Shown piece after piece: positions 41,937 through 42,049 of a stretch of DNA of 42,049 nt. Position 1 is the first letter of the stretch. Each line of letters opens with the position of its first letter. The translations under genes were made by a program, and so were the position numbers. The stretch is from positions 1 to 42,049 of the IMG/VR virus record IMGVR_UViG_3300024331_000004; one strand, written 5' to 3'. The stretch comes from a virus (lineage: Duplodnaviria > Caudoviricetes). The notes under the pieces are model-generated. The model saw only the letters and a list, made by a program, of their open reading frames with translations, was not told where the DNA came from and did no database searches.

Positions 41937-42049
41937 CTGGCTCACTCTCCACCGACCTGGATATCACAGGATCTCGGGTCTTCAAATGATGAATTGGGGA
42001 ATCCCCCGCTGCGCGTTGCGCGGGACGATCTCCGTGAACATGGACTGCG
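41923..42049. repeat. 127-bp terminal direct repeat (copy 2)
   Basis: Identical to positions 1-127. Confidence 0.97.

Noticed and set aside
41923-42049. 127-bp terminal repeat as a biological direct terminal repeat
   Set aside because: The length equals a common assembler k-mer (127) and the repeat falls across the portal stop and the next gene; it most likely reflects circular assembly overlap rather than virion ends
1-42049. CRISPR array, rRNA, IS elements, DNA methyltransferase or DNA polymerase genes
   Set aside because: No regularly spaced repeats or corresponding protein motifs were recognised by eye

Overview
This window is an apparently complete, circularly permuted genome of a GC-rich temperate short-tailed (podovirus-type) dsDNA phage. 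It has about 41,922 bp of unique sequence; positions 1-127 are repeated exactly at 41923-42049. The host is probably proteobacterial (inference from sigma70 promoters, an IHF box, an FtsK-gamma domain and a DDIPF tail). The + strand late arm wraps through the window ends: a glycoside-hydrolase-like gene and a 946-aa Ig-rich gene, terS, terL, a Gly-rich protein, portal, scaffold, major capsid, cement, tail adaptor and nozzle, a GNAT-like protein, ejection proteins, tail fibre, a beta-helix tailspike, a lysis cassette (M15 endolysin, holins) and a Pro/Thr-linker carbohydrate-binding protein. The - strand early-left arm (17862-29590) carries many small accessory genes, a candidate attP, an HNH nuclease, tyrosine integrase, excisionase, YbcO-like and DUF1367-like genes, YqaJ exonuclease, ERF recombinase and a short CI-like repressor. 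The early-right arm carries Cro, an antisense lipoprotein, a replication initiator with iterons, a loader-like gene and a RusA-like gene. The most unusual locus is the integration region. A translationally coupled HNH-type nuclease whose N-terminus closely copies the integrase's own arm-binding domain sits between int and attP. Its last codons contain a perfect 20-bp palindrome matching the bacterial parS centromere, although the phage encodes no recognisable ParA/ParB. A stand-alone FtsK-gamma domain and an SSB-tail (DDIPF) mimic lie nearby. A second theme is an unusually rich glycan-interaction toolkit. All product calls come from motif recognition by eye; no database searches were run.
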